Positions 28,416 through 36,935 of a stretch of DNA of 64,000 bases are shown here, one piece after another; the first letter of the stretch is position 1; every line of letters begins with the position of its first letter. The position numbers and the translations under genes are program-made. The DNA lies in the NCBI GenBank assembly GCA_021794015.1, contig JAJYRQ010000007.1, positions 9,755-73,754 of the forward strand, read 5' to 3'. This DNA is from Deltaproteobacteria bacterium. GTDB taxonomy: Bacteria > Desulfobacterota > Binatia > Binatales > Binataceae. The notes beneath the pieces were generated by a model. It did no database searches and had not been told where the DNA came from. It was given only the letters and a program-made list of their open reading frames with translations.

Positions 28416-29405
28416 CTAGGCGACCATTTCTTCGGCGGCGCGCACGGTTATCTTGCCTTCGCGCTCGAGCTGCATGGCCAGCGTGGTTAGCTCTCGGCGC
28501 GCCGCGCGCACGTCGCGCACGGGCACGGGTCCCATGGCCTCGAGCTCCTCGCGGATCGACTTGACGGTCACCTCGGGCAGGGCGCTGAAAATGGCCTGCT
28601 GTTGGTCGGCGGACAGCCCCTTTAGGGCGAGCGCGAGGCGCTCCGGGCGCGCGGCGGCCAGAATGGTCTGCAGGGTGCGGCCGTCGAGCCTGAAGAGGTC
28701 CTGAAAGCTGAACATTTCCTGCTCAATCGCGCTGGCGCGCGCGGCGTCGCCTTCACGGATCGCCTGGATTATCTTGCCCGCCACCTCGCCGTCGAGCTGG
28801 CTGAGCACTGCCGCCGCGCGCTGCACGCCCTGATTGCGTTTGCCGGCCTCGAAGGAGGCATGGCCGGCCAGGTTGGTTTCGATCGCCCGCAGCACGGCGT
28901 CCAGCGTGGGCGGGCTTACGCCTTCGGTTTCAGCGATCCGGGTGACGGTTTGCGCCCTAAGCTCTTCGGGCAGTCCCGCCAGCACTTCGGCGCTGTAGCG
29001 CGGAGGCAGGTGGGAGAGCACGATGGCCAGCGTCTGTGGCTGCTCGTCCTGGAGCATCGTGGTGAGCGCCTGAGGCGGCACGCGGGCGGCGATGGTGCGC
29101 CAGTGGTCGAGGCGCAGCATCTGCTCGGCGGTCTGGCCGCCGAAGGCGAGCGCCATCGCCTCGCGCATCATGTCGAGTGTCGAGGCGTTGCTGCCGGCTT
29201 GCAGGAACTCGCGCGCCACGGTCCGCATCTGTTCCTCGCTGGGCCGCTCGGTGGCGCCGGCGCTTTCGAGTTGCTGCATGATGCGCAGGACCTCGGGCGC
29301 TTGTAGCTGTTGGAGCAGCTTGGCCAGCACCGGCTGTTCGAGGTGCAGGATGAGCCAGAGTGCCTTGGTCAGGCCGGGATCGGCAGGAGGTGCGCTTTCT
29401 GCCAT
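28416..29405 (-). CDS. fliG: flagellar motor switch protein FliG
   Basis: ATG at 29405 gives about 330 aa with 'QTLAIVLSHLP', 'LQTILAAARPERLALALKGLS' and a C-terminal torque helix 'VRDVRAARRELTTLAMQLEREGKITV'. Confidence 0.85.
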   Translation of the reverse strand: MAESAPPADPGLTKALWLILHLEQPVLAKLLQQLQAPEVLRIMQQLESAGATERPSEEQMRTVAREFLQAGSNASTLDMMREAMALAFGGQTAEQMLRLDHWRTIAARVPPQALTTMLQDEQPQTLAIVLSHLPPRYSAEVLAGLPEELRAQTVTRIAETEGVSPPTLDAVLRAIETNLAGHASFEAGKRNQGVQRAAAVLSQLDGEVAGKIIQAIREGDAARASAIEQEMFSFQDLFRLDGRTLQTILAAARPERLALALKGLSADQQQAIFSALPEVTVKSIREELEAMGPVPVRDVRAARRELTTLAMQLEREGKITVRAAEEMVA

Positions 29406-29470
29406 GATCGGTTGACTCCTGGCGGTTTCGTTGTGATCCTGCCCCGGAGCCATGCTCCACACTGCGCGGG

Positions 29471-29770
29471 TCAGGCTGTATCCGTCGGCCGTTTTGCTAT
29501 CTGCCATCGCGCGTAGACCTTGGGCGGTGTGCCCTCCAGGATGCGGTTGATTTCAGCGAAGGCTGCGCCGCCTTCTTGAATCAGGGTTGCTTCGGCAAAG
29601 GGACGGCCGTTGGCCCAAAGCTCGATGCGCGGCGGCCAGCGGCAGGGTTCGACGATCTCCAGGCAGTCCTCGGTTTTAAGCGCGGCCAGCGTGCTGACCG
29701 GGATTCTTAGCCGGCAGAGCACGGCCGAGACCTCGACGGGAAGCCTGCTTGCGGCCTTAAGCTTGTTCAT
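29471..29770 (-). CDS. fliN: flagellar motor switch protein FliN (SpoA domain)
   Basis: 'VEVSAVLCRLRIPVSTLAALKTEDCLEIVEP...ELWANGRPFAEATLIQEGGAAFAEI'. Confidence 0.7.
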   Translation of the reverse strand: MNKLKAASRLPVEVSAVLCRLRIPVSTLAALKTEDCLEIVEPCRWPPRIELWANGRPFAEATLIQEGGAAFAEINRILEGTPPKVYARWQIAKRPTDTA

Positions 29771-30611
29771 CGCCGGCAAAGCGGCGGCGCAGGCGTAGCC
29801 TGACGCCGTCGGGTCCAAAGCTGGTCGCCACAGGCATCAGGTCGTGGTTGCGCGCGCGCAGGATGCACTCGACCGGATCGGGCAGCAGGACGCGGTCGCC
29901 GGGGCGCATCCGGCCCAGCTCGCCGACCGCGCTTTGCCAAATGCCCAGCACCACCTCGGCATCGACCGGGAGATCGTCCAGGGCGGGGCGGCCCGGGATT
30001 TGTTCCCGGGGTTTGTTGGCCTCGGTCTTGTCGCGCAACAGGTTGAGAAAGCCGGTCTCCAGCGCGATCAGGATTCTGCCCTCGCTGCCGGCGGGACCGC
30101 CGACAAGGCGGGTGACTATCATGTAGTCGCCGGGATCGAAGAAAAGCGTGAGATCGTGCAGGCGGCTGGCGCGATGGGTGAGTGTTGCCCGGCCCAAGCC
30201 GGCATGATCGCAGGCCTCGGCCAGCGCTTCAAAGACCAGGGTCGCGGCTTCTTCGGCGATTACCGCTTCGATCGAGGTGAAGGTGCGGCGCGGCTGGTCG
30301 CCCGCGCCGGCGCTAAGGCCCAGGTTGAAGTCAACGAAGCGGCGCGCCAGGACCGCGTCGATCGCCAGCAGCCCGGCGGCGGGGGCCTTCTCCAGGCTAA
30401 AGGCGCGCGCCAGGACCAGCGCGTCGTCTTCGGCATCAATTTGCGCGACGCGCACAAAGACGCCGGGCTGCGGCTCAAAACCGCCCAGGCTGCCCATCGA
30501 TTTGCGCAGCTTGGCGCCCACCGCGTGGTGCAGTTCGAGCAGCCGCATCCGCTGGATGGCGCTGAGCGTGGGGCGCCAGATTTCGTAGGGTTGTCCCTGT
30601 TCAGCGAGCAT
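29757..30611 (-). CDS. fliM: flagellar motor switch protein FliM (short, no recognisable N-terminal CheY-P binding motif)
   Basis: 284 aa with a CheC-like middle domain and a C-terminal SpoA-like domain. The N-terminus 'MLAEQGQPYEIWRPTL' replaces the LSQxEIDALL motif. Confidence 0.7.
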   Translation of the reverse strand: MLAEQGQPYEIWRPTLSAIQRMRLLELHHAVGAKLRKSMGSLGGFEPQPGVFVRVAQIDAEDDALVLARAFSLEKAPAAGLLAIDAVLARRFVDFNLGLSAGAGDQPRRTFTSIEAVIAEEAATLVFEALAEACDHAGLGRATLTHRASRLHDLTLFFDPGDYMIVTRLVGGPAGSEGRILIALETGFLNLLRDKTEANKPREQIPGRPALDDLPVDAEVVLGIWQSAVGELGRMRPGDRVLLPDPVECILRARNHDLMPVATSFGPDGVRLRLRRRFAGDEQA

Positions 30612-31344
30612 TAGCCGTTGCCTTCTCTAACGGCGGGCGCGAAAGCGCCGGTATGACGATGTCCACCCGCCGGTTGCGCGCCCGCTCCTGCTCGGTGTCG
30701 TTGCCGGCCACCGGGTGATAGGGACCGTAACCGGCCAGCGACAGGCGGCTGGCCGGTAGCGCGCAATGGTCGACGATGTAGCGCAAGACGTTGGCCGCAC
30801 GCGCCGCCGAAAGGTCCCAGTTGTCGGCAAAGCGGTTGTTGCTGATCGGGATCGAGTCGGTAAAACCCTCGATCCGCAGCGGATTGGGCAGCTTGACCAG
30901 CGGCGCCACGATCAGGTCGAGGGCCGGCTTCTCAGCGGGGTTGATGTCGGCCTGCCCGCTGGCAAAAAAGGGCGAGGCGGCAAGCCGTATGGTAAGCCCG
31001 TGCTCGTCGGCTATCAGGCTCACCCCCGAAACGGGATATTGGCTTAGGGAGGCCTCGAGCGCGCGCTGAGCGCGGGCCAAAGCGCGGTCGTGGTACCTCT
31101 TGACGCTTGGCCGTGCTCCCTTGGCTATCGGATTGTTCAACTGCGGCCGCTCGCCGCCCATCAGCGGCTTGGCCCCGAGCGCCACCGCCATCGCTCGCCA
31201 AATCTTGATGCGGTCGTTCGCCGATGAGATCGCCACGGCGTAAAGCAGCACGAAGAGCGCGAACAGCGTCGTGATGAAGTCGGCGTAGGAGACGATCCAG
31301 CGCTCGTCGACGTGCCCGCCGCCCTGCTGTTCGTCGTCCGCCAT
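30601..31344 (-). CDS. motB: flagellar stator protein MotB
   Basis: ATG at 31344 gives 'DERWIVSYADFITTLFALFVLLYAV' (the plug/TM segment with conserved D) and an OmpA-like C-terminus 'NWDLSAARAANVLRYI...NRRVDIVI'. The ORF-track Arg-rich N-terminal extension is an artefact. Confidence 0.8.
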   Translation of the reverse strand: MADDEQQGGGHVDERWIVSYADFITTLFALFVLLYAVAISSANDRIKIWRAMAVALGAKPLMGGERPQLNNPIAKGARPSVKRYHDRALARAQRALEASLSQYPVSGVSLIADEHGLTIRLAASPFFASGQADINPAEKPALDLIVAPLVKLPNPLRIEGFTDSIPISNNRFADNWDLSAARAANVLRYIVDHCALPASRLSLAGYGPYHPVAGNDTEQERARNRRVDIVIPALSRPPLEKATANAR

Positions 31345-31379
31345 GGTTAGGCGCCCTTTAGAGCCTGCACCGGTTGTCG

Positions 31380-32204
31380 TCAGGCGGCCCGGGCACGGCC
31401 GGTTTCGGACCCCTCGGCCGCCGCCGTGGTCTGCCCGCCGCTGGAGAAGTGGAGTCCTTCGGCCATCAGTTGGCGAAGCGGCGTGCCGATCATCCCTGCA
31501 CGCAGGCCCTCGATGCCGGTCACCACGAGCCGGTCGAGTTGGCGCTCGCTTATCGCGCGGGTGCGGATTTTGCGGGCTACAGGGTAGGCGATCAGGTTGG
31601 CAAACCCGACGCCGTAGACCGTGGCGACAAAGGCCGTGGCGATGCCCTCGCCGACCTTGCTCGGGTCGGCAAGGTTGCCCATGGTGTGAATCAGGCCGAG
31701 CACCGCGCCCAGGATGCCGAAAGTGGGCAGGTAGCCGCCGGCCGCCTCGAAGACCTCGGCGCCGGCGTTGTTGAGCCGCACCCGTTCGTGGAAGGCCCGC
31801 TCCATAATGGTAGCCATCGATTCCTCGGGAGTGTTGCTGATAATCAGATTGAGGCCGGTGCTCAGCATCGCGTAACGTTCCTCGCGCGCGTATTTTTGCA
31901 GGGCGATCGGGCCTTCCTTGCGCAGGACGGTGGCATAGCGGACGACGCGCTCGATGAGATCGTAAGGGTCGGGCGTGTCTTCGCTGATTACCTTGCGCAG
32001 GTCGCGCATCGCCGCCCAAAGGTAGCTCTGGGAAAAAGAGACCGCGCACGAAGCAACCGTGGCGCCGAGCACGATGAGCGCCGCGCTTTTCTGTAACAGC
32101 GCACCGATGCTGCCGCCCTCCATATGTTGGCCGAGCAGGATGAAGCCGGGTCCGGCCAAAAGGCCGAGCAGGCTGGCGAAATCGATGCGTCCACCCTTTT
32201 GCAT
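31380..32204 (-). CDS. motA: flagellar stator protein MotA
   Basis: ATG at 32204 gives four TM segments and 'YLPTFGILGAVLGLIHTMGNL...IATAFVATVYGVGFANLIAYPVARKI'. Confidence 0.85.
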   Translation of the reverse strand: MQKGGRIDFASLLGLLAGPGFILLGQHMEGGSIGALLQKSAALIVLGATVASCAVSFSQSYLWAAMRDLRKVISEDTPDPYDLIERVVRYATVLRKEGPIALQKYAREERYAMLSTGLNLIISNTPEESMATIMERAFHERVRLNNAGAEVFEAAGGYLPTFGILGAVLGLIHTMGNLADPSKVGEGIATAFVATVYGVGFANLIAYPVARKIRTRAISERQLDRLVVTGIEGLRAGMIGTPLRQLMAEGLHFSSGGQTTAAAEGSETGRARAA

Positions 32205-32251
32205 GGCGTTAGAGCGCGGCTTGAGCGGCGCCGGCACCCAGCGCGTGCCGC

Positions 32252-33553
32252 CTACGGTACATGCGAAGACATCGGGCCCGGCGCAGGCGGCAGCTCGAGC
32301 ATCGGTTGCGGCGCCAGCGCGGGCGCGCCCGCCGGGCCGGTGAAGATGCGCTGGGCGCCGCGCCTGCGCGAAAGCCCCGCCTTGGTGATGTGGTACTGCA
32401 GCGCGCGCGTGGTGATGCCGAGCTTGTGGGCGGCCTCGGCCCGGTTGCCGCCGCAGGCGGTGATCACGCGCAACACCATTTCGCGCCGCGCCTCCTCGCG
32501 GCTGACTTTCCAGCCCGAGCCGGCCGCCGGCTCGGGCGCCTTGATGTTGGCAAGTTGGCGGCGCAAGTCGGCAAGGTCGACCTGGTGGTTTGCCGCCGCA
32601 AGCGGGACGATCGCCAGGCGCGCGGCCAGATTGCTCAACTCGCGCACGTTGCCCGGAAATGGGTAGCTGCCAAGCATCCGCAAAGCCCCGGCCGTAAACC
32701 AACGGCGCGGGTTGGCCTGCCTGAGGAAATGCGCGGCCAAAAGCGTGATGTCCGCAGGACGCTCGCGCAGGGGCGGAAGCTTGATGCTGAAGACGTTAAG
32801 CCGCCAGTAAAGGTCGCGGCGTAGTTCGCCTCGCTCGACGCTTTGGCTGAGCAAGCGGTTGGTCGCGCCGATGTAGCGGGTTCGCCGCTCTGCGCCCGCG
32901 TCGTCCGCCGCGGCTGGCGCCGCGTCGTCCAGCTCGAGCCGGCGTAAAAAGCGCGCCTGCGCCGCGGACGAGAGTTCCGCAATCTCGTCAAGAAAGAGGG
33001 TAGCTTGCGGCGCCGGCGCCAGCGGGTCGTCAGCCGGCTGCAAGCTTTGGCTCGCCGCAAGCTCGGGCGGCTCGGCGCCGCCGCCTTCCAGCGTGGCGCA
33101 GTTGAGCACCCGAAACGGACCGCGGGCGTTGCTCGCCCGGTGGATCAGGCGGGCCAAGGTCTTCTTGCCGCTGCCGGTCTCTCCTTCCAGGATGACCGGT
33201 ACGGGGCTGGGCGCAACCGCCAGCGCGGTGCGCAGCGCGTGAAACATTTCGGCGTCAGCCGTGAGCAGGGGCGGCGCAAGTCCCAGCACGTGGCAGAGAA
33301 TGAAACAGGCCGCGGCCTGCAAATTGTCGCCGGCAAAGTTGGCTCCGGCACGCGGCGCACGCTGAACCTGCTTGCCCAGGTCAAGGCTGAGCAGCGGGAT
33401 ACCGCCGGGCTGCGCGCCGACGAAATCAATGTAAAGCGTTGCATGCTGCTTCTGGGCGTAGGGCAGAGGTTCCAGTCCCAGGCGCCTTAGCAGCTCGGGC
33501 AGCTCGCCCGGCGCGCCAAGACCGAGGCAGATACGGGCTGACGTCAGCTTCAC
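32252..33553 (-). CDS. AAA+ sigma-54-activator-type regulator (FleQ/FlbD-like position) lacking the GAFTGA loop; C-terminal Fis-type HTH
   Basis: 'LEGETGSGKKTLARLIH' (Walker A), 'TLFLDEIAELS' (Walker B), 'YIGATNRLL', 'YWRLNV', 'PPLRERPADI', 'FPGNVRELSNL' and HTH 'GNRAEAAHKLGITTRALQYHI'. The segment that normally carries ESELFGHEKGAFTGA is replaced by 'GGGAEPPELAASQSLQPADDPLAPAPQ'. Confidence 0.7.
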   Translation of the reverse strand: MKLTSARICLGLGAPGELPELLRRLGLEPLPYAQKQHATLYIDFVGAQPGGIPLLSLDLGKQVQRAPRAGANFAGDNLQAAACFILCHVLGLAPPLLTADAEMFHALRTALAVAPSPVPVILEGETGSGKKTLARLIHRASNARGPFRVLNCATLEGGGAEPPELAASQSLQPADDPLAPAPQATLFLDEIAELSSAAQARFLRRLELDDAAPAAADDAGAERRTRYIGATNRLLSQSVERGELRRDLYWRLNVFSIKLPPLRERPADITLLAAHFLRQANPRRWFTAGALRMLGSYPFPGNVRELSNLAARLAIVPLAAANHQVDLADLRRQLANIKAPEPAAGSGWKVSREEARREMVLRVITACGGNRAEAAHKLGITTRALQYHITKAGLSRRRGAQRIFTGPAGAPALAPQPMLELPPAPGPMSSHVP

Positions 33554-33702
33554 GGGGCGATGGCCTCCTTGGCGCGTTCGCGGCCGCGCCCCGCGCCTTG
33601 CCGAGCAGTTGCAGTTAAGGCGCGGCCGGCGGGGCGGCGAAAGGCCGTTTTGCGTGGCCTGGGCTCTGGTCGCAGCATGGGCCCGGTTTAGCCGTAAATC
33701 TG

Positions 33703-34131
33703 CTAGCGCAGCGACCCGGCGTGCCCTTGCGCTGCTGCGTCGAGCACCTCGGTTATGCGCACGCCGATTTGATCCTGCACCACTACGACCTCGGCGCGGG
33801 CGAAAAGAGCGCCGTTGACGTAGATATCGACCGGCTCACCGGCGTGACGGTCGAGCCGCAGTGTGTTGCCGACCTCGATTTCGCTCAGCACTTCGCCCAG
33901 GGTGAGCGTGGTGCGCCCGACCTCGACGTGCACCGTCATCGGCACCTGGGACAGGGCTCCCAGTTCGCTCGGTTGGGCGGTCTGAGGCGCAGCCGGCTTT
34001 GCCTCTGACGCGGCCGCAGCGCTCTCCTGCACGAGCGGCGGCGGCGGCGCAGCGGGCCGCTTCGCCGCCTTGGCGAGCACACCCGGCGGCGGGCTGGAGG
34101 ACGGCTTAAGGGTGGGTTGCTGTGCTTCCAT
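33703..34131 (-). CDS. second FliN-like SpoA-domain protein
   Basis: 'MTVHVEVGRTTLTLGEVLSEIEVGNTLRLDRHAGEPVDIYVNGALFARAEVVVVQDQIGVRITEVL' is an SpoA fold preceded by a Pro/Ala-rich linker. Start taken at Met 34131. Confidence 0.5.
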   Translation of the reverse strand: MEAQQPTLKPSSSPPPGVLAKAAKRPAAPPPPLVQESAAAASEAKPAAPQTAQPSELGALSQVPMTVHVEVGRTTLTLGEVLSEIEVGNTLRLDRHAGEPVDIYVNGALFARAEVVVVQDQIGVRITEVLDAAAQGHAGSLR

Positions 34132-35167
34132 TTTGCCAAGCCTTCTCCCGAACGAGAAATTTGCGCCATCCCCGGTCTTCGACCACGGTGCCGTAAAACA
34201 CCGGGTGCCCGTTGCAGGCAAGCTCAACCGGCATCGGCGCCTGTTGCGCGCGGTTCAGTACCAGCATGCTTCCGGGCCTAAGCCCGGCCAAATCGCCGAG
34301 CGGCAGCGTAACCGTGGCCAGCACGGCGTGCAGCTCGATCCGGGTTTTTGTGCTCGCGCCCACGATCGCCAATGCCGGCGCTGTTTCCTTCTTGAGGCCA
34401 GGCTGGCACGCGGGCAAACGTCCCCGCACGCCCATCAGGGCCGGCAGCGGCAACGCAAGTCCCAACGGCTCCCTGAGCAATCCGAGGGTGCATTGCGCGA
34501 CCAGCGCGGCGACTCGTTCCTGGGGCGCAACGGGCGCCGAGGCGCCCGCGGCCGGCAGGCTGCCGTCGGACTGCAGGCGTACGGCGCGTCCCTCGGCGCC
34601 GAATAGTTCTCCAAGACCTCGATTGAAGCCGTCAAGGGTCGCGGTGTTGAGCGTGTCGAACAATACCGCCGTTTCCAGCGCGGTCAAAGGACGCGCGGCG
34701 TCTCCAGGGGTTGTCGGCGCGGGAACCTCCCGGCTGAAGAGATCGTCTACCAACGCCCGGGCAAGCTGTTCCGTCAGCGCCAAAACCGCCACGGTCTGAA
34801 GATTCACCTCGACGGCGACGGCCAGTGCTCCTGCGCCCAGGCGAGCGGTGAAGGCAGCGTAGGATTCGACTCTCAAGCCGGCATCCAGCATCGTGGGCGG
34901 CCGCGCCGTGAACGTCGCAAAAGCGGCGCGCAAACCGTCGAAAAAGCGCTCGCTCAGTATCCTGAGCTGGGTCAGCTCCTCGCGCTTGAGCGCGTAGGTC
35001 TCGGCCAATGCTGCTAGTCCGGTTGCTTCCATGACCGCAGCCGGGAACAGCAAGAAGGATGCCGCCGGTGATGGTGCGAACGTCAAGGCGTCATAGGAAG
35101 GCGAAAGGAAAAAACACTGCCCGTGTCGCCCTAAACCCGCGGCTTCGAATGCGTCAGCGCGGGACAT
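34106..35167 (-). CDS. second FliM-like switch protein (CheC-like middle plus a C-terminal SpoA domain)
   Basis: ATG at 35167. The C-terminal 'RIELHAVLATVTLPLGDLAGLRPGSMLVLNRAQQAPMPVELACNGHPVFYGTVVEDRGWRKF' is an SpoA fold, and there is no N-terminal CheY-binding motif. Confidence 0.5.
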   Translation of the reverse strand: MSRADAFEAAGLGRHGQCFFLSPSYDALTFAPSPAASFLLFPAAVMEATGLAALAETYALKREELTQLRILSERFFDGLRAAFATFTARPPTMLDAGLRVESYAAFTARLGAGALAVAVEVNLQTVAVLALTEQLARALVDDLFSREVPAPTTPGDAARPLTALETAVLFDTLNTATLDGFNRGLGELFGAEGRAVRLQSDGSLPAAGASAPVAPQERVAALVAQCTLGLLREPLGLALPLPALMGVRGRLPACQPGLKKETAPALAIVGASTKTRIELHAVLATVTLPLGDLAGLRPGSMLVLNRAQQAPMPVELACNGHPVFYGTVVEDRGWRKFLVREKAWQNGSTATHP

Positions 35168-35475
35168 GGTGTCGCAGCGGCGACACCGAAGCGTTCGCTC
35201 AACCCATCTCGGTAAAACAGAGTTGATGTCCCACAGGGAAAAAACCTTCCCTTGGCCTGCCGGCCGCCGCCCGTTGACCCGGCCCGCGCCGCAATTGCCT
35301 CGACAGGAGGGAGCAAGCCGGCCCTGCGCCACACACCGAGGCCGGCGACCAAGACGAGTGATGCGCGAAGGTCAACCAACAACAACGCCGGCGCAACTTA
35401 GCGCGATGCGCGCGCGGCCACATTCGCTCGCCGCAGAACGAAAAAAGCGCAATCGCCCAACCCACGCTGCGCCCG

Positions 35476-35483
35476 GCCGACAA
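35476..35483 (+). promoter_or_regulatory. sigma-28-like -10 element (GCCGACAA) upstream of the flagellin gene
   Basis: It is one mismatch from the GCCGATAA consensus and lies about 67 nt before the flagellin GTG. A -35 TAAA-like element is not clear. Confidence 0.3.
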
Positions 35484-35549
35484 CGACGTTGCGCAGCGTC
35501 GTCGCGGCAGACGTTGAGCAACAAACCACATTAGAAAAGGAGGGGAGCG

Positions 35550-36779
35550 GTGCTAAGTATTCTCACCAACATGGGGGCCATCGAAGCCTCCAACGCCCTG
35601 CAGAACAACGAACTCTCACTTAACCAGTCGATCGCCCAGCTTTCCAGCGGCAAGCGAATCGTAACCGCGGCCAACGACCCGGCCGGTCTTGCCATTTCGA
35701 TGGAGATAACCGGCCTGCTCGGCGCGCTCAACCAGAACTCGACCAACACGGCCAACGCCCAGGGGATGCTGCAGACCGCCGACGGCGCGCTGGCCAACAT
35801 CGGCAACTCGCTCGCCACCATGCAGCAGCTTGCCACCGAGGCGGCCGACGGCACGATTAACAGTACCCAGCGGTCGGCGCTCGACTCGCAGTATCAGGCG
35901 CTTTACAAGGAGATCAACAACATCGCCCAGAGCAGCCAGTTCAACTCGATAAACCTGCTCCAGGGCGCAAGTGTCACCTTCCAGGTCGGTCCGACCGACA
36001 GTTCTGCCAATCAACTCGCGGTGACCATGCCTGACGTTACGGCAGCCGGCCTTCTTGGCGTGACGCCGCTTACCCCAGGCACCCTGCTAACCAGCGGCAC
36101 CAACGTTACCGTAACCGCTCCCGGCACCGACACGATGACGCTCGGCACAGGCGCGACGGCTGACTCCGGCATTGCGGCGAACACGGTCACGTCGGCCGCG
36201 CCGGTAAGCGGCACGCTCTCCTCGACGCCGCCCAATGAGGTGACCCTGACCGTTACCGGCACGACCAACAGCTCTGGCACCGGTACGGTCGGCACCGACA
36301 GCATCACCTTTGTCTTAACCGACTCCAACGGTACGACCTCGTCGCCCTTTACGATCACCCCGACCAACATGACGGTGCAGAACCTGGACAATCTGGGCTT
36401 CGACGTCCAATTCAAGACTGGCAATACCTACGCGGTCGGCCAGCAGGTGGGCTTTGTCTTCGGCACCTCCGGCAACCAGGTGAGCATTGCCACGCAAAGC
36501 GCGGCGCAGCAGCAGGTGACGCAGACCGCCAGCGGGCTGTCGACGCTTGCAGGCTACCGGGGCAACATGGGGGCCTACGAGCAGCAGTTGCAGACGGTCT
36601 CGGCCAACCTGCAGTCGGAGCAGCAAAACCTGACCTCCGCGCTCTCCAACATCCAGGACGCCAACATCGCGCAGACCATGGCGAGCTTCACCCAGTACCT
36701 GGTGCTGCAACAGGCTGACGTGTCGGTGCTGAAAAACGCGCAGCAGGTGCCGCAACAGCTCGTAGCGCTGCTCCAGTAG
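35550..36779 (+). CDS. fliC: flagellin
   Basis: GTG start 8 nt after AAAGGAGGGG. The conserved D0/D1 ends are 'IAQLSSGKRIVTAANDPAGLAISMEITG...' and '...LAGYRGNMGAYEQQLQTVSANLQSEQQNLTSALSNIQDANIAQTMASFTQYLVLQQAD'. The central region is Thr/Ser/Gly-rich. Confidence 0.9.
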   Translation: MLSILTNMGAIEASNALQNNELSLNQSIAQLSSGKRIVTAANDPAGLAISMEITGLLGALNQNSTNTANAQGMLQTADGALANIGNSLATMQQLATEAADGTINSTQRSALDSQYQALYKEINNIAQSSQFNSINLLQGASVTFQVGPTDSSANQLAVTMPDVTAAGLLGVTPLTPGTLLTSGTNVTVTAPGTDTMTLGTGATADSGIAANTVTSAAPVSGTLSSTPPNEVTLTVTGTTNSSGTGTVGTDSITFVLTDSNGTTSSPFTITPTNMTVQNLDNLGFDVQFKTGNTYAVGQQVGFVFGTSGNQVSIATQSAAQQQVTQTASGLSTLAGYRGNMGAYEQQLQTVSANLQSEQQNLTSALSNIQDANIAQTMASFTQYLVLQQADVSVLKNAQQVPQQLVALLQ

Positions 36780-36815
36780 CGGGCGCGGCGGGCGCAGGCG
36801 GCCTTGAGGCGAACA

Positions 36816-36849
36816 GGTACGGCTTCCGCCGCAAGGCGGAGGCCGTACC
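36816..36849 (+). terminator. strong GC hairpin between flagellin and fliD, a candidate attenuator or terminator
   Basis: GGTACGGCTTCCGCC-gcaa-GGCGGAGGCCGTACC forms a 15-bp stem with one mismatch. There is no clear U-tract. Confidence 0.4.
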
Positions 36850-36935
36850 GCCTGAGACCCAAGAGAGAAACCCCCTGGAGATCAGCGCAGGCCGTCTGAT
36901 ATCGCGCCGCCAGCGCAAAACGAGCAGAGAAAGCG

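Noticed and set aside
30601-32702. Long Arg/Pro-rich N-terminal extensions on the ORF-track versions of motB (482 aa) and motA (440 aa)
   Set aside because: The extensions are low-complexity GC-frame artefacts. Internal ATGs at 31344 and 32204 give canonical MotB and MotA lengths and N-termini.
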